IMG/VR virus record: IMGVR_UViG_3300046804_001959 | Origin: a virus | Lineage: Duplodnaviria > Heunggongvirae > Uroviricota > Caudoviricetes | Direction: 5' to 3' (one strand) | Length of the DNA stretch: 64,000 nucleotides | In this document: one piece after another, positions 61,784 to 64,000 of the stretch | Position numbering within the stretch: position 1 is the first letter of the stretch | How the letters are laid out: each line of letters begins with the position of its first letter | Program-made: the position numbers and the translations under genes | The notes under the pieces: model-generated | The model's database searches: none | Seen by the model: the letters and a program-made list of their open reading frames with translations, nothing else | Told to the model about the DNA's origin: nothing

Positions 61784-62811
61784 GCAAAGAAATCCTCTAG
61801 AGTTGCGGGTTTATTTTCAGATAGACCAGACCACTTGCGGCCTTGCCAATGCGGGTAAGATGCTCGTGAAAGGTGTACTGATTTTGGCTTTTCCATACAC
61901 TCGAAGTCAAGTTCTCCCTTGTCGTTGAGAAGCGGATCGACCCACTCGATAAAGTTGACTCGACTTTTTGCACACAACTTCTTCATCTCGTCCTTGAAGA
62001 TGAGACGTGCTTCATTACGCTGAGCCCACGATCCGTAGAACGGTGTGCCTTTGTAGTAGCCAGTCTTCGGAAGGACACGAGATTCGTTTTCGATAGGAAG
62101 TAGCTCGTAGGCAGATACTGATTCTACCTCAAGTGCAGCCAATTGTACATGGTATCTGTTCGCAAGATCTCGTGTCGCCTGTTCCATGTTCGGCTGACGG
62201 TTAAGGTGGTGACGAACGTCGATGTTGCCAAAGTAGAACTCTACGAGCTGATGATGAGGTTCTACGAACGTATTCAGTCCTTCCTTCAGGGCACCGTGTA
62301 GAGTCTTAAACGGAACAGAGTTGACGAACCAACCAGGACGATACATGCAGATAGCATGACTATCACCTGCCACCGCACGATTCGCTACTTCGATCTCGCG
62401 AACGGTGATAGCAGTGTCTTCGATCTTCTTCAGGTTTTCCCAATCAACGAGGTGCCAGTCAGGATGGATATCACCTTCGAGACGAGGCTTCAACATCTCG
62501 CTGTACTTCGGATGGTCGATCCATAGAGAATAGACAGGAGCTTTCAGCTTCGAGTAACGAATCAGCTTGTCGATGTTGCTATAGTTCTTCATACCGCCGA
62601 AGAGGTTCAGCGAGCCGAACCAGTCGTTTCCGTGATACACGTACACTTCGTCGAACGAACCTGGATCGGGGTGAATATCACCAGTACGGTCGAGATGTAC
62701 GTTACCGAACTCGTTGCTTAGTTGCTCTGCATAGATGGCAGCCTGAGCAGCACGATGTGAGTGAATGTTCGAAGAGACAGGAGTGAACGGAGAAGTTACA
62801 AGGATTTTCAT
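61780..62811 (-). CDS. Hypothetical protein, 343 aa
   Basis: ORF translationally coupled (4-nt overlaps) to its neighbours. Confidence 0.45.
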   Translation of the reverse strand: MKILVTSPFTPVSSNIHSHRAAQAAIYAEQLSNEFGNVHLDRTGDIHPDPGSFDEVYVYHGNDWFGSLNLFGGMKNYSNIDKLIRYSKLKAPVYSLWIDHPKYSEMLKPRLEGDIHPDWHLVDWENLKKIEDTAITVREIEVANRAVAGDSHAICMYRPGWFVNSVPFKTLHGALKEGLNTFVEPHHQLVEFYFGNIDVRHHLNRQPNMEQATRDLANRYHVQLAALEVESVSAYELLPIENESRVLPKTGYYKGTPFYGSWAQRNEARLIFKDEMKKLCAKSRVNFIEWVDPLLNDKGELDFECMEKPKSVHLSRASYPHWQGRKWSGLSENKPATLEDFFA

Positions 62812-63686
62812 AGGTTTTTATCCCAATCACGATAAGAGTCTACACGATCGTAGATGGTAGGATCCTGCAGTACAGGTTCTTTCCCAACATTCCAAAACAG
62901 GATATCACGGCCAGTATTCTTGGGAATGTACTTCCATACTTTGCCGTCGTATGTATCTATACAAGGAAACGGTGGCATGTTCTCGGTTTTTTCTGGAGAA
63001 GTGAAAGCAAGTGGTTCAGAGATGACCTCTTCGACTCGACCTGCTTCACCGGCCTTGAGGTTACGGGCAACAGCCACGCTATGGAACTTGGCATTCGGCC
63101 ATGCGATCTGCAATGCTCGACTCAAGACACCAGTCGAAGCAGCCACGTACACCTCTTCAGGCTCGTCGATCATGGATGCTGCGTGTACGATACCAGCAGT
63201 GGCGAACTCATGCTTCAGGCCAAGCGGGACGAAGAAGGCATCATTCTCTTCTGCGTACTGCTTAGCTGCAGCATTGAGGTTCGGCATGGCAGCGATACGC
63301 TTGAAGATCACGTCTGCACCCTGTTCGATGCAACATGCCTGATGGTGTGAGATACGCTTGCTCGATGGCATGAAGAGTGTGATCTTCTTGTTGTGATGCT
63401 TGGCCACATCCATCAGAGAAACACCAGCCAGACCAGTACGAGGCTGTGAGTATACGATGTGCGAGTAGTTCGTCTTCGATGCAAGCAAGTCACCAGCACG
63501 AGTCTTCGTGCCGACGATGAGGTCGTCCCTTACGCAACGAATCCCGTCGTGTACAGTCACGACAGGATCCGGGTTGTACGGCGTCCATCCATCGGCCAAC
63601 GAGAGGTAGTAGTCCTTTGCCCATTCCCAGCCAAAGATACCTACGTCTTTGTTGATCCCATCGAGGACATGGTTGTTATGCGCCAT
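62808..63686 (-). CDS. Possible PLP-dependent (PALP fold) enzyme
   Basis: 292 aa. Weak resemblance to the ACC-deaminase / D-Cys desulfhydrase family (GDLLASKTNYSH candidate Lys region). Confidence 0.3.
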   Translation of the reverse strand: MAHNNHVLDGINKDVGIFGWEWAKDYYLSLADGWTPYNPDPVVTVHDGIRCVRDDLIVGTKTRAGDLLASKTNYSHIVYSQPRTGLAGVSLMDVAKHHNKKITLFMPSSKRISHHQACCIEQGADVIFKRIAAMPNLNAAAKQYAEENDAFFVPLGLKHEFATAGIVHAASMIDEPEEVYVAASTGVLSRALQIAWPNAKFHSVAVARNLKAGEAGRVEEVISEPLAFTSPEKTENMPPFPCIDTYDGKVWKYIPKNTGRDILFWNVGKEPVLQDPTIYDRVDSYRDWDKNL

Positions 63687-63984
63687 TCGTTAGCCTATCA
63701 TATTTGTTGGTCTTGAGCGACCAGTTAATGGGATATACCCAATCATATGGGATCTGCATCGTCTGAGACTTGATACCGAACTTCACTGCCATGTACTTGT
63801 AGTGCATGCACAGCTTGTCTTCGAGGTTCAGGTACTGATGTGTATGGATCGGGTTTGAAGGATGCGCCTTCAGATAATCCATGTGTTCGACCTGCATCTT
63901 GGCTGCATCGTTCAGCGGAATGTATGCACCAAACTCATCGATCTCGTACTTGCTCTTGCTCATGAGGTTCGGGCAATCGAACAC
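63676..63984 (-). CDS. Hypothetical protein (may extend beyond the window end)
   Basis: 102-aa ORF near the window edge. Confidence 0.35.
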   Translation of the reverse strand: MFDCPNLMSKSKYEIDEFGAYIPLNDAAKMQVEHMDYLKAHPSNPIHTHQYLNLEDKLCMHYKYMAVKFGIKSQTMQIPYDWVYPINWSLKTNKYDRLTNGA

Positions 63985-64000
63985 CTGACTCAGACCATCG

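Noticed and set aside
1-64000. CRISPR arrays, insertion sequences or transposases, integrases, homing endonucleases (GIY-YIG/HNH)
   Set aside because: No regularly spaced direct repeats of 25-40 nt, no terminal inverted repeats flanking a transposase-like ORF, and no recognisable integrase or homing-endonuclease motifs were seen in any translation.

Overview
This window is mostly a gene-dense segment of a T4-like (Tevenvirinae-type) myovirus genome, with almost all genes on the minus strand. The assignment rests on recognisable homologues of T4 proteins: NrdA, the gp61 primase, the gp41 helicase, UvsX, the gp43 DNA polymerase, gp45/gp44/gp62/RegA, Pnk, Rnl1 and dCMP deaminase.

The window contains:
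- a replication and nucleotide-metabolism core (NrdA C-terminally truncated at the window start, ThyX, primase, helicase, UvsX, polymerase B, clamp and clamp loader, RegA, dCMP deaminase);
- an RNA-repair set (Pnk kinase plus Rnl1, and a separate HxGH nucleotidyltransferase / KxDG ligase-like / HAD phosphatase operon);
- lysis genes (a spanin pair, holin-like membrane proteins, and the only clear plus-strand gene, a two-domain M15 + GH19 endolysin);
- a cluster of about 26 tRNA genes at 50.98 to 55.72 kb, interrupted by ORF-free segments that look like structured ncRNA;
- an accessory island at 39.4 to 50.5 kb with bacterial-type genes that are unusual for a phage.

The accessory island carries a CHASE2-domain adenylate/guanylate cyclase with a FecR-domain partner, a curli-like amyloid secretion module (CsgG, a CsgF-like protein, two curlin-repeat proteins), a radical-SAM/SPASM enzyme, a Lom/OmpX-like outer-membrane beta-barrel, a YkgJ-like CxxCxxCC protein and a Prx5-type peroxiredoxin. 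Elsewhere there is a FabF/FabB-like beta-ketoacyl synthase, a Dps ferritin-like protein, an SPFH/band-7 lipoprotein, an Hsp20, and several 2OG-Fe(II) oxygenase-like genes.

A conserved promoter class recurs about 20 times upstream of minus-strand genes and tRNA groups. It has the form GTGTACA, then 17 nt, then TA(n)(n)(n)T. Hairpin plus U-run terminators are also visible.

All calls come from reading the translations and the nucleotide sequence by eye. No database search, tRNA scan or RNA folding was run.
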